Shown piece by piece: positions 41,999-55,105 of a DNA stretch of 64,000 nt; the stretch's first letter is position 1; the number at the start of each line of letters is the position of its first letter. Source of the stretch: Lytechinus pictus (lineage: Eukaryota); the NCBI RefSeq assembly GCF_037042905.1, contig NC_087252.1, forward strand, positions 21,144,001 to 21,208,000. Reading direction: 5' to 3'. The notes beneath the pieces were generated by a model. That model did not search any database, was not told where the DNA came from, and saw only the letters and a list, made by a program, of their open reading frames with translations. A program made the position numbers and the translations under genes.

Positions 41999-42059
41999 CT
42001 GTTCTCATTATGACCAAAATCACAACGAACTCGATGATGAATGGGATCACAGAGGCCAT
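41999..42059 (-). CDS. Receptor gene A exon 1: signal peptide
   Basis: ataATGG; MASVIPFIIEFVVILVIMRT then G|gtaagt phase-1 donor. Confidence 0.8.
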
Positions 42060-42233
42060 TATGATGATCTAGCTGTTTAAAATCACAAGCAGAAAATGAT
42101 TGAAATTAGTAATTGCTTTGTCGGGCGTAATGGTCCAAACGCTGCATCAAATTCGACCCGTAGTGCACAAGTAAACTTAAAGTCAATCAATTTGACATAT
42201 AAACCCATCACTTAACTGAGCTTCGATGAAAAT

Positions 42234-42610
42234 CGTAATGACAGTCTAGCAGCCTCGACCAACACCAAAGTCAATGGATGAATACACTGATGAGACCGAA
42301 TGAACTGATCGAATGACAAAATGCAATATTTTTTTGCCAAAAGAAATATGAAACATCGCAGTTATCATTTTACGACTGTGATAATTGCGCTATTGGCTGA
42401 CAGGAACTTTCCATTCGTTTGACTAATGAAGTTAGGCCACGCCCAAAAAAATATTTATTGAGCGTTTATTTCTAAAAGGCGCTGACTTCCCGTTTATTAC
42501 TTCCGAGCTAAAAGAATTAATGAGCAGTGATTTTATTTTGTTTATACATTTTCTGCAGAAGTCTTACAATAAGTGATATACATGTACATGTATAAAAAGC
42601 ATTGTTATTT
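42234..42610 (-). promoter_or_regulatory. Candidate promoter of receptor gene A (duplicated at about 45549-46070)
   Basis: On the minus strand: CCAAT (about 42393), GGGCGTGG Sp/KLF-type box (about 42437-42444) and two GGAAGT ETS-type cores (about 42486 and 42499). Confidence 0.4.
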
Positions 42611-42611
42611 A

Positions 42612-42718
42612 ATAATAATAATAATAATACATAGGATTTATATAGCGTCTTTTCCATTTTGATTAATTGCTCAAGGCGCTTTAGGAGAGCGAGACATAAC
42701 AGTAAAGAGAACTAGGAG

Positions 42719-42758
<40 letters not shown>

Positions 42759-44355
42759 TAACTTAAAAATGAGGAAAAATGACTGTCTTCAAACCTAGTA
42801 CCTGCTGGTGAACAAATGAAATTTTAGGTTGCCCTTAAAAGATGTTGCAGAGTTTGGGTTCTTCAGCTCCTGTGGTAGTGAATTCCACAGGGCTGGTCCG
42901 GCATGAGCAAAGGCTCGATCGCCCCAGGATTTTTTAGATAGTGGGATTTGCAAGAGACTAGATTGGGATGATCGCAGTGTGCGTGCAGGTTGATAGTGGT
43001 GTATAAGAGACTTGTTGTAATCGGGTGCGGATCCATTGATGATATGATGAACCAAAAGTAGAATTTTGAAAACTATGCGATCCTTTATGGGCAACCAATG
43101 GAGGTCTTTGAGAACAGGAGTGATGTGATCGTGTTTATTTGACAGAGAAACAATGCGAGCTGCTGAATTCTGAAGTTTTTGAAGTCGGGTAATTTTAGAG
43201 TTAGGTATGTTAAAGAGAAGACTATTACCGAAATCAAGACGTGAGGAAATGAGTGAGTGCACTAGTTTCTCTGTTGCAGAACGAGTTAAATATTTTCGAA
43301 TGAAACCAATGTTGCGCAATTGATAGCGGACAGATTTACAAATACTTGTGACCTGATTTGACATTGACATTTGGGAATCAAAAATGAGACCAAGATTGCG
43401 GCATGAATCAGAGAGAGGAACAGGATTACCGGCAATGAGAATGGAGTCTATGTTAAGTTTACTTAATTGAGATTTGGAGCCAAAAAGCATGAACTCACAT
43501 TTACTGTGGTTTAGTTGCAGTGAATTTGATTTCATCCAGGTGTCAATGGCAGAAATGCAATTTTCCAAAATGTGCAAAGCTTGGGAAGCTTGAATTTGGT
43601 CCGGTGGAAAAGAGACAAAAACCTGAATATCATCGGCATAAATATGGTAATGAACAGGGTGATTTTGAAAAATATGGCGAAGACCGAGTAGGTAAATTGA
43701 AAATAAGGTCGGTCCGCCTACAGAGCCCTGCGGTACTCCACAACCTAATGGCCGTGAGGAGGATGTGAAACCGTCAAGAACGACAGACTGTGAATGGTAT
43801 GATAGGTAAGATCTAAACCATTCAAGAGCCTGGTCCTGGATACCTAAGCTTGCAAGAGTATTAAGAAGTATCTTGTGATCTACAGTATCGAAGGCCGAAG
43901 ACAGATCTAATAGGACCATTGCGGTAGCGCATCCAGAATCCATTTTCTGCAATATGAAACTAGAAACGTTTATGAGTAGAGTCTCAACACTGTGGTGGGG
44001 TCGGTAAGCCGACTGAAAAGGGTCAAGTAAATTGTGTTCTAACAAATAATCGTTCAGTCTAGTGAACACAACTCTCTCAAGGATTTTAAACAGAAAGGGA
44101 AGATTGCAAACTGGACGATAATTCTTCAAGGTTTCCCGATCCAAGGAGGGTTTTTTTCAACAGAGGACGAATCAGAGCAGAATTTAACAAAGAAGGTACA
44201 GTCGCTTGATCTATACTGAGGTTCACAATTTGACAAATAATTGGGGCAAAAGTGGAAGCGCAATCCTTAACTAGAATAGTAGGAACAGGATCTAACTGGC
44301 AAGATTTGGGAGGCAGTTTACGGATAAGGGAAAGAATTTCGTCTGCGCGGGTCTT
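42612..44355 (-). mobile_element. 5'-truncated L2-clade LINE (RT domain and 3' end)
   Basis: NYRPVCNL, LLDLSSAFDTVDH, GVPQGSVGGP, YADDIQ, LHWLPI; frameshift near 44150; tail gcgccttgag...cgctatataaat..(tat)n. Confidence 0.95.
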
Positions 44356-44566
44356 TCATAAATGCTCCCAGAAATAATGATAATAAAAAATGAGTTTAAT
44401 TTTGGAATCTAAATTAGCTCCAAGGATTTCTAGCGTAAAGATGCTCTTCTGGCATATACCCACCAGCATCGGTTATTTTAATAGAAAAAGGAATATATCA
44501 TGAAATTTGATGGAAAAAGTGATGAATGTCGAGGCTGCTAGACTGTCATTACGTAATGACACTCTA

Positions 44567-45548
44567 CAGTGCGTATAAAAAAAGTTTACACTTAGAAAAA
44601 ATCCTGTAAAATTATATATTTGTAATATCCTGAAGATTTTTCGACATTTTAATATTGGTACAGATCCATTTAAGTAAATGACGATATAACTGTCAAAAAT
44701 ATTTCCGCTTGAATGAGCACCACTTACTTTTGAAAAGTTAGTGAAAAATGATTTGCGCAGAACTTTGAAATAGTTATGCGAATAAAAGTAGACCTTATTC
44801 ATGAAGAACACGTAAAATTTAGCTAGTGAATTGATTTGAAGATATTTTTTACCTTTTTAACTTGTTTCCTTGCCCAAAACACTTCGAAGAGTGCATTGCG
44901 CCCCATCCCACTCCCCCACACACCGAGGCCACCGTGACGATATTTGCTGTATACTGAGCTGTGATTTTCATGAAATGGCTTAGGCTTGATTTTCATTTTG
45001 TTAATCATTCTCGAGCTTGGGAAATGTGTGGAGAAACAAGTATTAAATGAAAAATAAAATGTAAACCCACTTTAAATGAAAAAAACTTAGTGAAAAAAAA
45101 ATGCTGGAGATGTCTGATATAAACTTTTGTTCAAAATCAGTTATGTCCTCAGATCTAGCTGGCACAAAAAGGGTAAAGGTTGTGCTTTAAGTGTTGAAAT
45201 TTCAATTTGGGTGGCAAAATTGTTACAAAATGCTTGAATGTATCCGTTTTATTTCAATTTACTAAAAGTGCAAGGAAAATGTATGAGAAATGTTTTGCAG
45301 GGTAAGTTTGATTTCGCCCTTTCCCCTTGACACAGCGTGAAAACGAGCATTTCTGCGCAAACAGATTTCTGCGAGCTTTACAAAAATGGACCGTGCTCAC
45401 TCAAGTGTAACTTTCTGTCAAAGCTTTTACTTTCATTGGATAGATGAGACCCAAACCCAAGATTATATGTGAAAAAATTACCCACATGTTGTATATTTTT
45501 TAATTCCCTGGGCTTTTTCAAAGTGTAAACTTTTTTTGATACGCACTG
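44567..45548. mobile_element. Tc1/mariner-type non-autonomous element, TA TSD
   Basis: ta|cagtgcgtataaaaaaaagtttacactt...aagtgtaaactttttttgatacgcactg|ta; the empty site is visible in the duplicate at 42241-42255. Confidence 0.9.
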
Positions 45549-46620
45549 TAGCAGCCTTAATCAACACCAAAGTCAATGGGTGAACACTCGGAGGGGACTG
45601 AATGAACTGATCGAATGTAAAAATGCAATTTGTGCCAAAAGAAATATGATGAAACATCGCAGTTATTATTTTATGACTGTGATAATTGCGCTATACGTTG
45701 TTGGGTACTTTCGGTTCGGCATTTGTTTTATGAAGTTAGGCCACGCCCACAAAAATATTTATTGAGCGTTTATTTCTAAAAGGAGCTGACTTCCCGTCTT
45801 TTACGTCCGAGGTAAAAAAAATAAATCATGAGTAGGTAGTGGTTTTATTTTAAACATTTTCTGCAGACGTCTTACGACTACTGATATATAAAAATCGTTA
45901 TTTATTTCATCAATGCTCCCCCAAAATAATACTAATAATAATAATTGGGAAGTAGGCCTAGTAAGCTCCAAGGAACTCTACTATAGCGTACAGTGAATTT
46001 TCTGTCATAAACCCTGCAGCATTGATATATTAAAAAAAGGTAATATCGTAACATTTGATTGAAAAAAAAACCCAACTGCAAGATGACAATTCGATTTTTA
46101 TTGAATACATAAAAGCGGGAAATGTCTACATATCTCTTCTTGGTAAAATGTACGTTGTTGCATGAATCCAGAATAAAAATATATAGGCCTACATATGCAT
46201 TTATCTATACCATATAGGCATATACTACATGGTCAAAATGCTGCATCCTGTGTACGCAGGAACGGCATGATTGATTTGTCTTGAGCTGTGGCTTGTGCTT
46301 CCAAAATGGCTGTGACAATTTTATTCAAGATTTACATTCTACACGAGATCACCTTAGTTGATATGAATATATTATAGACCCACCCTCATTTGCCACATAA
46401 ATTGTCCCATTTACACAAATTTTTGACTTTTTTGGTAAATGAACTTTCTTTGTTGTTGCATCGTTTTTCTCTGAATCATTCAAATGTGACCGGAATTTTG
46501 GTATTAAAACAATTTTGTGTATGTTAATGAAATGTACCCGAGGAAATCATCTCATATCATGTACCAAATATTAAAAAAAAAAAAACCTCATTTCTTTACG
46601 TATGTTATTGTGTAATGTGT

Positions 46621-47020
46621 AAGGCCACCGGCCACCGCACACCCGCCTTACGATTGAATGACACGTAGTAGGATTTGACGCTAATATTGAAACATGGAAT
46701 GTCTACTGTGTAATGTTCTAAATCATCGTAAAAATACCTATGTTCAAATATGTGACTATGCTATCATCCTTATTAGAATAAAAAAGAATTTAATATCTTG
46801 TTGTAACGACGTCCATAGCCTGGCTACGATTTGAAACTAATTTATACTTTACTCCACAATAAAGACTTGCAATCATCCAAAATTGTTATATTAGTATTCT
46901 TTCAGTTAATTTGAACCTATTATAAAAATATACTTTTCAGTCACATTATCAGAAAATGAGCAAAATGCGATTTGTTCCAAAATCGGATCGTGGAACAGTC
47001 GTAAGGTGTGCGGTGGCTTT
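46621..47020. mobile_element. Harbinger-like MITE
   Basis: gccaccgcacacc..ttacga / tcgtaaggtgtgcggtggc. Confidence 0.65.
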
Positions 47021-47042
47021 ACTCGTGTGAGTGGGACAATAT

Positions 47043-47350
47043 GGCCCGTATTCTGAAGTCGGGTTTAAGTTAAACTCAGGTTTAAAGTTGTGGTTTAAGT
47101 ATGGGAAGCCAAAAGTATCAAATTTGTTATTAAGTTGTATGTTTCTTATGTTTACTGTGCTCTTTCCTGATTCATCTATGGTGAAGCCAATAATCTTTTT
47201 ATACTTCCTAGACAATTATGATTTGAGAGCCAAATGAGGTGAGGTATGATATCTCTACTGTTAGTGATTTATGTAACAATTGGCTCGCCATACTTTAACC
47301 ACAACTTTAAACCTGAGTTTAAGTTAAAACCGACTTCAGAATACGGGCCC
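47043..47350. mobile_element. Harbinger-like MITE, copy 2
   Basis: Same family as 23258-23568. Confidence 0.85.
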
Positions 47351-48057
47351 ATATGGCAAATGATGATATATTGGTAAATATTGATATTTTGAACACAACC
47401 ACACACAAAAACACGAAATATAAGCTGCATGGAATAGATGAATGACAATATGATAATAAACATAACTAAATGGGAAATTCAGCCTAACGATAAGTTTGTT
47501 TTCAGTTAATAACAGCAGAAAAACGAAAGAAACCTCAGTGAAGATTCTGCCAAAAATCCATCAAAGAATACGACAGGGACAGAGGCGGATCTAGGTAGGG
47601 ACACATCCGACCCGTGCCCCCCCCCCCCCCGCTCTTGAGAGTCTTAGCAAATATTTGTAGCGAATCCTTTTTTTTGCCTTTCAAATTATTCCTGACATAA
47701 ACCACCTTTTTTTCCCTTTGGGAAAACTCTGGATCCGCCCATGAACAGGGTAATGAATTATTATACTTGTACATTCACTTTGTGACCTCACAATCGAGCA
47801 GCTACCCAATGAAGAAAATTATTTTCTTACCATCGCAAAAAATATATCACTCGGCAAATTAATGTCTACACATTTTTATGAGAACAATTTGTCATCATGA
47901 AGCATTTAAACATGTGATTTTTTGTTTATGATTTCACATCACATATGACTGCTTTGAAGTAATATCACAAAATCAAGATTAAACAAAAAATCATAACTCT
48001 CTAATTTTTTTCATGGCTTTTCGTCAAAACTTAAGCAATGTTTCTCCAATTTTTGTA

Positions 48058-48257
48058 CACTCTAAAAACACTGAGTAAAATTCAACCCAATATTGAGTAA
48101 AAAGGGAACATGCATGTTTGCTGGGTATTTTTTCACCCCATATTGGGCTATTTGAACACAACATTGCGTAAAATTTACCAAATATGGGGTATCTTTTTAC
48201 CCAACCAGCATGCATGTTCCCAATTAACCCAATATTGTGTAAACCTTTTTTAGAGTG
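48058..48257. mobile_element. CACT-ended MITE with TA flanks
   Basis: ta|cactctaaaaa...tttttagagtg|ta; internal acccaatat sub-repeats. Confidence 0.7.
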
Positions 48258-49299
48258 TATCCACCCCCCAAAAAAAATTGTCAACATCAAGGCGCATCTC
48301 CCCTTTGAAATAAAAAAATAAACGCTGGAGACCTTCATCACAAGAAATTAGCTTGAAGGTATGTTATAAAATACAGATTAACAAAATAGACGATGCACAT
48401 ATTTTAGCAGATGTGTAATAATTAACTTAATTGTATCAGCTTGCGCCGGTGAATGTTTTCACAGGCGCAATATAAATGCTTTGGATCATCATCATAAGTT
48501 CAATTACTGCCTTCCAGAAATATCTTTACATAAAACGTCATCCATTTCAAATCAATTATTTAATTAAATATTAACATTTTCTCTTGACTCAGGAAGAACA
48601 ATTATGTAACATGTATCACAATGTATGTATTATTAATACAATATTAATATTTATTTCACACTACAAAATATATATATTCATAAATATTTTGAATACAAAA
48701 CATGCACATATTAATAATGAGCAAGGCCCTTTTTTTTGGGGGGGGGGAAATAATTTACAAGTATTAAAAAATAAATCGCAGCAAGTACTATAATTTTTTG
48801 CTCATATATTTGTTGAACCCACAAAAATCAATATTTTGCTAACAGTGCAAAAAAATACTATTTCATAAATATATTGAAATACAAGCCATATCTAGGCCCT
48901 GTTACATAAAACGTACAATCAATTCTACGAATTTGTGTCAATGTCAGTCTATAGCAAACCATGTACACAAAGTATATTCGATTGTAAATATTAATTGTAT
49001 CTCCTTATGTTAAACACCCCATAAGACATGAATATTCTTGAATATAAATGGAACGATTCAATCTTAGAATATAATTTTTTTAAATGAAATATATACTATT
49101 TGAAATGAAGTTGCTTGTATCACACAAAAATAGAATAATGAACAAAACAAAACAAGAGTTAAAAAGCAAACACCCACAATAATATGAAATGAACAAAAAC
49201 AATCGATATAATGATATTCTATATTGCTTATGCAGAGTTGAAGGATTTGACAATTGGTGGTTATTATTTTTTTTGGTGGTTATTTTTTACCTGATTGCT

Positions 49300-49478
49300 A
49301 AGAAAGCATGCATGCTTGTAAGCAAGCAACCAGAGGACCGACGGCTTAAGGTCCTCTCCGAAGGACCTGGTACTGAGGATTAATGCCTTACCAAAGGGCA
49401 CTAGCGCACCAAGTGGGAATCGAACCCGGGTCACCGGAATACGAGTCCCCCGCTCTACCGACTGAGCTATCGCGCCTC
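49300..49478 (-). mobile_element. tRNA-derived SINE
   Basis: A box tagctcagtcgg and B box ggttcgattcc without a closed acceptor stem, continuing into gtgccctttggtaaggcattaatcc. Confidence 0.8.
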
Positions 49479-51552
49479 CTTATATGATTCTGTCAAACAG
49501 CTTTGGTTTTTATAGGTGCATACATTACATACACACATCATGGCCATTGAGACTATAAAGGCCTCTTTATAAATATATCAGCCATGTCTTTAAAACAATA
49601 AGCACATTTCCAAAGTAGCTTTCTCTATATCCTCCATCTCTTTAAGACAAAAAAAATTAGGTTTTGTGATGAAAAGTCGCTTGAAGATTCCCGCGGGAAA
49701 GACAGATCTCGGACTTGGGTCACGGTGCCCACACAACATAAACATAACATCAAACATCATAAATCCATGTTTTTGGTAAACAGTATTAAGTAAATAATTA
49801 TGTTACAAAATATATCACAAACACTTTGTCTTGCAAAATCTGCTTCTAAGTTTCAGACAATACGATATGCAGTGGTCTACTGGCATTGAATTGCATATAT
49901 GCTTGAATTTGATATCTTACAACATAAACTAACCTTTATAATAACTTTAGGGTGTATTTCAGCGAGGAACGTTTGCCTGCATCTGTAGTAATATTTTGAA
50001 TCGCCAACTTTTTCGATGAAGTTTGGAAATGCTTGCAAATATTTTGCTGCGACATCAAAAGCTATTTGCAATCTGTTTTGAAATGGACAATAATGTATAC
50101 AAGCAATCGACACTTAGTGATATACCTCCTTTAATACATTTATCTAGATACTAGGTAAATTGAAGACTGTATTTCTTTGGATCGTTTCCTTTATCAAGGT
50201 GCACATTCATAATAACAAATATTTTGTTTTTTTCAAGGCAACTCAGTGCAATTAGTCATAGCAAAAGTACTGACTTCAAATACTGATGGAAATTTGCATA
50301 TTTGGTGACATAACACTATACATATTTCTCTTGAAATATATACATTACAATACAATACAATACATATTATGATAAAAATAAGAAAACAAAGCCATGTTCA
50401 GCACAAATCTTAAAAAGAGTTGCAACTGATCCAATCGACCACAACTATCAAAAGCCAGCAAATTCAACATATAAAATGCATTTTTATTCACAATGTTTTC
50501 TGAATGTTATGTAGTATATTCACACATTCATCGTTGTCTTGACAATTCAGTATGCTTCTGTTTGTTTACAAAGGACGATGTGTGAACGTCCTATTGGAAA
50601 AATGATGACAATGATGGATGTCCAATATATAGTTGAGGCTGATTGGATCAATCACAATGCTTTGCAAGACGGGACCCAGAAGTAGACTACTACTACATGT
50701 ATACAGTGACAAAATATGAATAATAACAGAATATTTACCCAGGGTAGTCACTTCAGTTCTGAAAACTGTTCTCCCAGTGGGCCCTGCTATTATTATTACC
50801 CGGCTTTAGCACGGCTACCTTGATCGGGCGCTTGAGCATTCTAAACATTTCTTCCTACTGGGTACCCATTCACCTCACCTGGGTCGAGTGCAGCACAATG
50901 TGGAAATATTTCTTGCCGAAGGAAATTACGCCATGGCTGGGAAACCAAAATATGGTTTGAAAACCACTTTGGCAGTAATATAATCTACCACGATATAGCA
51001 ATTAAAAATTCCATACGCACCTAAAAGCTTTTAACAGAAAGAAATTCAATATTATTTTTGGTGAAGGGAAGCTTGGTGCCCATTTTTCCAACCTAGTGAG
51101 CACAAAGCTATGTGCATCTAGGCCCTCTTTCATAAAACTTGTCATCAATGTTTGAAATCTATGACAAAGTAGCATTTGGTCATTGAATTTTCAGGATTTC
51201 AGTAGCTCATAATATCTTATCATATTATCAAATTATAACTTGCCAATAAAGGTTTAATGAAAAAGGACCCTTTATTTTTTGTGGTCAAACATGTCTAAAT
51301 CAATACTCATGCATACATTGAACAAATAAACACATATATGTAAAAAAAAAAAAGGACCATAGCAAAGGTGAAGAAAACTTTTCCCAGAACTTGACATTCT
51401 TTTTCAGCACTCTTACCAGGCAATATTAAATTTTTAAGGTGCACATGTAAATGCTCTCAGTAAAATGAATTCTAGTATCATTAACCTAATTTTCTTTTTA
51501 TATTCACGCTTCTATCATTATCAACAATAATGCTTCTATTCTCTCTTCTTTC

Positions 51553-52626
51553 CTCTTAACATTCATGCTTCTATTCTCACTTCTACCCTTAACGTTCATG
51601 CTTCTATTCATAGTTCTATCCTTAACAGTCATGCTTCTATTCACACTTCTATCCTTAACATTCATGCTTCTATCCTTAACATTCACACTCCTTTCCTTAA
51701 CATTCATGCTTCTATTCACACATCTACCCTTAACATTCATGCTTCTACTCTCACTTCTATCCTTAACATTCATGCTTCTATTCACACTTCTACCCTAGAT
51801 ATTCGTGCTTCTATTCACACTTCTATCCTTAATATTCATGCTTCTATTCACACTTCTATCCTTAACATTCATGCTTCTATTCACACTTCTATCCTTAACA
51901 TTCATGCTTCCATTCACACTTCTACCCTAAATATTCATGCTTCCATTCACACTTCTATCCTTAACATTTATGCTTCTATTCACACTTCTATCCTTAACAT
52001 TCACACTCCTTTCCTTAACATTCATGCTTCTATCCTTAACATTCATGCTTCTATTCACACTCCTTTCCTTAACATTCATGCTTCTATTCACACTTCTACC
52101 CTTAACATTCATGCTTCCATTCACACTTCTACCCTAAATATTCATGCTTCCATTCACACTTCTATCCTTAACATTTATGCTTCTATTCACACTTCTATCC
52201 TTAACATTCACACTCCTTTCCTTAACATTCATGCTTCTATTCACACTTCTATCCTTAACATTTATGCTTCTATTCACACTTCTATCCTTAACATTCATGC
52301 TTCTATTCACACTTCTATCCTTGCCATTCATGCTTCTATTCACACTTCTATCCTTAACATTCACACTCCTTTCCTTAACATTCATGCTTCTATTCACACT
52401 TCTACCCTTAACATTCATGCTTCCATTCACACTTCTACCCTAAATATTCATGCTTCTATTCACACTTCTATCCTTACCATTCATGCTTCTACTCTCAGTT
52501 CTATCCTTAACATTCATGCTTCTATTCACACTTCTACCCTAGATATTCATGCTTCTATTCACACTTCTATCCTTAACATTCATGCTTCTATTCACACTTC
52601 TACCCTTAACATTCATGCTTCTATTG
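51553..52626. repeat. Minisatellite with a 33-bp unit and 21-bp variants
   Basis: cttaacattcatgcttctattcacacttctatc repeated more than 30 times. Confidence 0.95.
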
Positions 52627-53235
52627 ACATTTATATATTCTATCATTGGTGCTTTGTATCAGCGATATCAGCCATATTCACGTGCAATTGCTTGTTTCTA
52701 TATTCTCCTAAATTATTTAAACAAAAATATAGTGATATTGTTTCATAAAAAATACACGTCAAGGGAGAAAACTCGATATTCCAAACACAGCTGAATAATG
52801 ACTACTTTCTTTGCTTTTATCCTTACTCCATAGAAAATATGTACTATCAATCAAAAGCTAGTGACATGTTATTTGCATATCTTATGTGTCTCTTCGAACC
52901 TGTGTGCATTTGTCTGTCAAATATGACAGCTGGTTTAAGTTACTTCACACCCACTGGTGAATAAAATCGTCTTGTGATCAATTGCAAGTTTCTTGCAACA
53001 TCCCCTAAGTCTGACTTAAGTTAAGTGCCCATTTGCACATGATATTTAACATGAGTTAATGATGAAGAGGTACAGCGCACCCCTGACCAGGATATGACCA
53101 ATGCGATTATGCTTACACATCACACACAACTGCAAATTTAAGTGCGATATTAAGTCAGACTGAAATCTTTGTGAAACACCATCCCCCCACGTAGTATCTA
53201 ATTTTTGCTTCCAACCAAATTTGGAGCAAACAGCG

Positions 53236-53400
53236 CTATAGTTCTTGCTCATCTTCAATCAGATAATTTGGTTGATTCTTGTTCTTGAAATTTGAGATGC
53301 TTTCCCTCTTCTCCTCCATCCGTGCGGCCTTCTTTTTTCGGGTAGCTACCCGGAATGCATTCCAGACTCTTAATGTGCCGTCCCATGACCCGGATATGTA
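53236..53400 (-). CDS. Terminal coding exon of a WD40-repeat protein (not in the ORF track)
   Basis: ccctcttgttttgcag|YISGSWDGTLRVWNAFRVATRKKKAARMEEKRESISNFKNKNQPNYLIEDEQEL*; SGSxDxTLRVW is the canonical WD40 repeat end. Confidence 0.8.
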   Translation of the reverse strand, partial: YISGSWDGTLRVWNAFRVATRKKKAARMEEKRESISNFKNKNQPNYLIEDEQEL

Positions 53401-53499
53401 CTGCAAAACAAGAGGGAATATATGAAATGATAAATGGTGTTATCATTATTATTATTGCTATTTGTTTGGTGTCACCTGTGCCAGCAAACTGAATCACTC

Positions 53500-53793
53500 T
53501 AACCCTCAGGTCTCTCCTCCCGATACAACTGATTAGGGGAATGCAGCTGGACTACCACACTGGGGTTCCCCCCTACACTTATACAAATAGTGCAATGGGT
53601 TCTTAACGTGCAAAGGTAGTGACTCTTCTCTACAAGGGGCCTCCATTTAACGTCCCTATCCAAAGGACGGATTGGAACAAGGGGAGGGACACGTTTACAC
53701 CCAACGCAGGCTTCAGTCATCCGCCTGGGGTGGATTCGAACCCATGACCTTTGTTGACGGGCAAGACGCTTTACCGACTGAGCCAACTCCCGC
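53500..53793 (-). mobile_element. tRNA-headed SINE with a Deu-type central domain (DeuSINE-like)
   Basis: tggctcagtcgg / ggttcgaatcc boxes, then ccgtcctttggatagggacgttaaatggaggccc...cacgttaagaacccattgcac...gtagggg. Confidence 0.75.
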
Positions 53794-54358
53794 CCATTTG
53801 TTGTTCAATGGTCATTATTATAGAATGAATTTTAATGAATTAATTGGGTACATTATCTTTGCTGAGAACAAAATCAAACAATGGAACCAAGAATTACACA
53901 GAGATTCGGTCTCTGAATTCTACATTTGACGAGGATTAAACCTAGACTAAACCTAGACTACTCTTCTACGGAGTGCCAATTGTCAACTTATTCACCAATT
54001 AGAATAAAATATTATTCTTATAACAAAAAGTTATCACACAATTAATTGCGTCCTGAAATGGGAAGCATACAAAAATACACACACAAAAATTATTTTAATG
54101 AATTAATTGGTCTATGCTGATAAGATTGAAAAGGTATTATGAAACCAAGCATTCCATAAAATTGTGGTTTAAAATTCTAGTTTAGACTAGGGTTAAACCT
54201 AGATCTAATCATAAAACACCACCCAGTGAGTCCTATGCATGAGAAAACTCAAGCTAAGCTAGAGTAAAAAGCCCAGCGCACACTATGCGATCTGAATTTC
54301 AAAGATATTGTAATAACATTTGAGATGAACATTCAAGCCGATAAAATCTTAGAGATCT

Positions 54359-54586
54359 GGGCCCCGTCTTACAAAGAGTTACGATTGATTGGATCAATCG
54401 TAACTCTATGGACATCCATCAGTGCCATAATTTCTTCTACAGGAAATTTGTAAAATGTCCTTTGTAAACAAAGGAGAACACACCACATTGTCAAGAAAAC
54501 AATGAATTTATGGATATACATTCATATCTAGAATTTTTTTTGAACAAACAAGCATTTGATATGTTGATATGTTGACGTTGATGTTG
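54359..54586. mobile_element. MITE truncated at its right end (family also at about 2920, 34120, 50410-50677 and 60925)
   Basis: gggccccgtcttacaaagagttacgattgat left end present; the matching right TIR is missing. Confidence 0.7.
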
Positions 54587-54590
54587 CGAC

Positions 54591-55105
54591 CCCGGCAGAG
54601 ACATTTTTTCGGCATTACCAATTTTTCCAAAGGGTAGATAGCTCTGGGGAACCTTGATTTAAGCTACGCCTACCATTTTTCTCTTCATCCATTTCTTTAC
54701 AATACTTAAATAAAAGAGTTGCCAAAGCTGTTGTACATGTATAACTTTACACATTTGTATACGTTCTCCCTTACGTGTACTGTATCAAAGCAATAGCTTT
54801 GATCCAGCTGAAGCATGGCGGCTTGTCATTGTTCGAAACCCACCTTCACCCGACAAAGGAAATTATAATTGGTATAGTGTCGAAAATCTGTCTATCTGAC
54901 GGTCAATCGGATCGGGGTCGCCCTAGCCACTAACCCGTCTCTGTGGTCTAGTGGTTAAGGCACCGGCGTTCAAAGCTGGGGGCCCGGGTTCGATTCCCGG
55001 CAGAGACATTTTTTCGGCATTACCAATTTTTCCAAAGGGTAGATAGCTCTGGGGAACCTTGATTTAAGCTACACCTACCATTGTTCTCTTCATCCATTTC
55101 TTTAC
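54591..55105 (+). repeat. Partial tandem repeat (405-bp period; 110-bp direct repeats) carrying a tRNA-like gene
   Basis: 54591-54700 equals 54996-55105 with 2 mismatches; followed by (TA)n. Confidence 0.85.
54937..55008 (+). tRNA. 72-nt tRNA or tRNA-like gene, anticodon TCA (opal-suppressor type, short variable arm)
   Basis: GTCTCTG/CAGAGAC acceptor stem, GTCT/AGGC D stem, CCGGC/GCTGG anticodon stem with loop GT-TCA-AA, 4-nt variable region, CCGGG-TTCGATT-CCCGG T arm, A73, then TTTTTT. Confidence 0.65.

Noticed and set aside
49400..49478. Possible tRNA gene
   Set aside because: Acceptor and anticodon stems do not close and the sequence runs into a SINE body; the same applies to 53720-53793
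51504..52794. Repetitive ORFs on both strands (MNVKDRSVNRS / MLLFTLLSLTF)
   Set aside because: Artefact of a 33/21-bp minisatellite; interrupted by stops, no splice sites, and probably within the WD40 gene's 3' region
54805..54840. Possible hammerhead ribozyme or SECIS element in the tRNA-bearing repeat
   Set aside because: The core reads CTGAAGC rather than CTGANGA, and flanking stems could not be built
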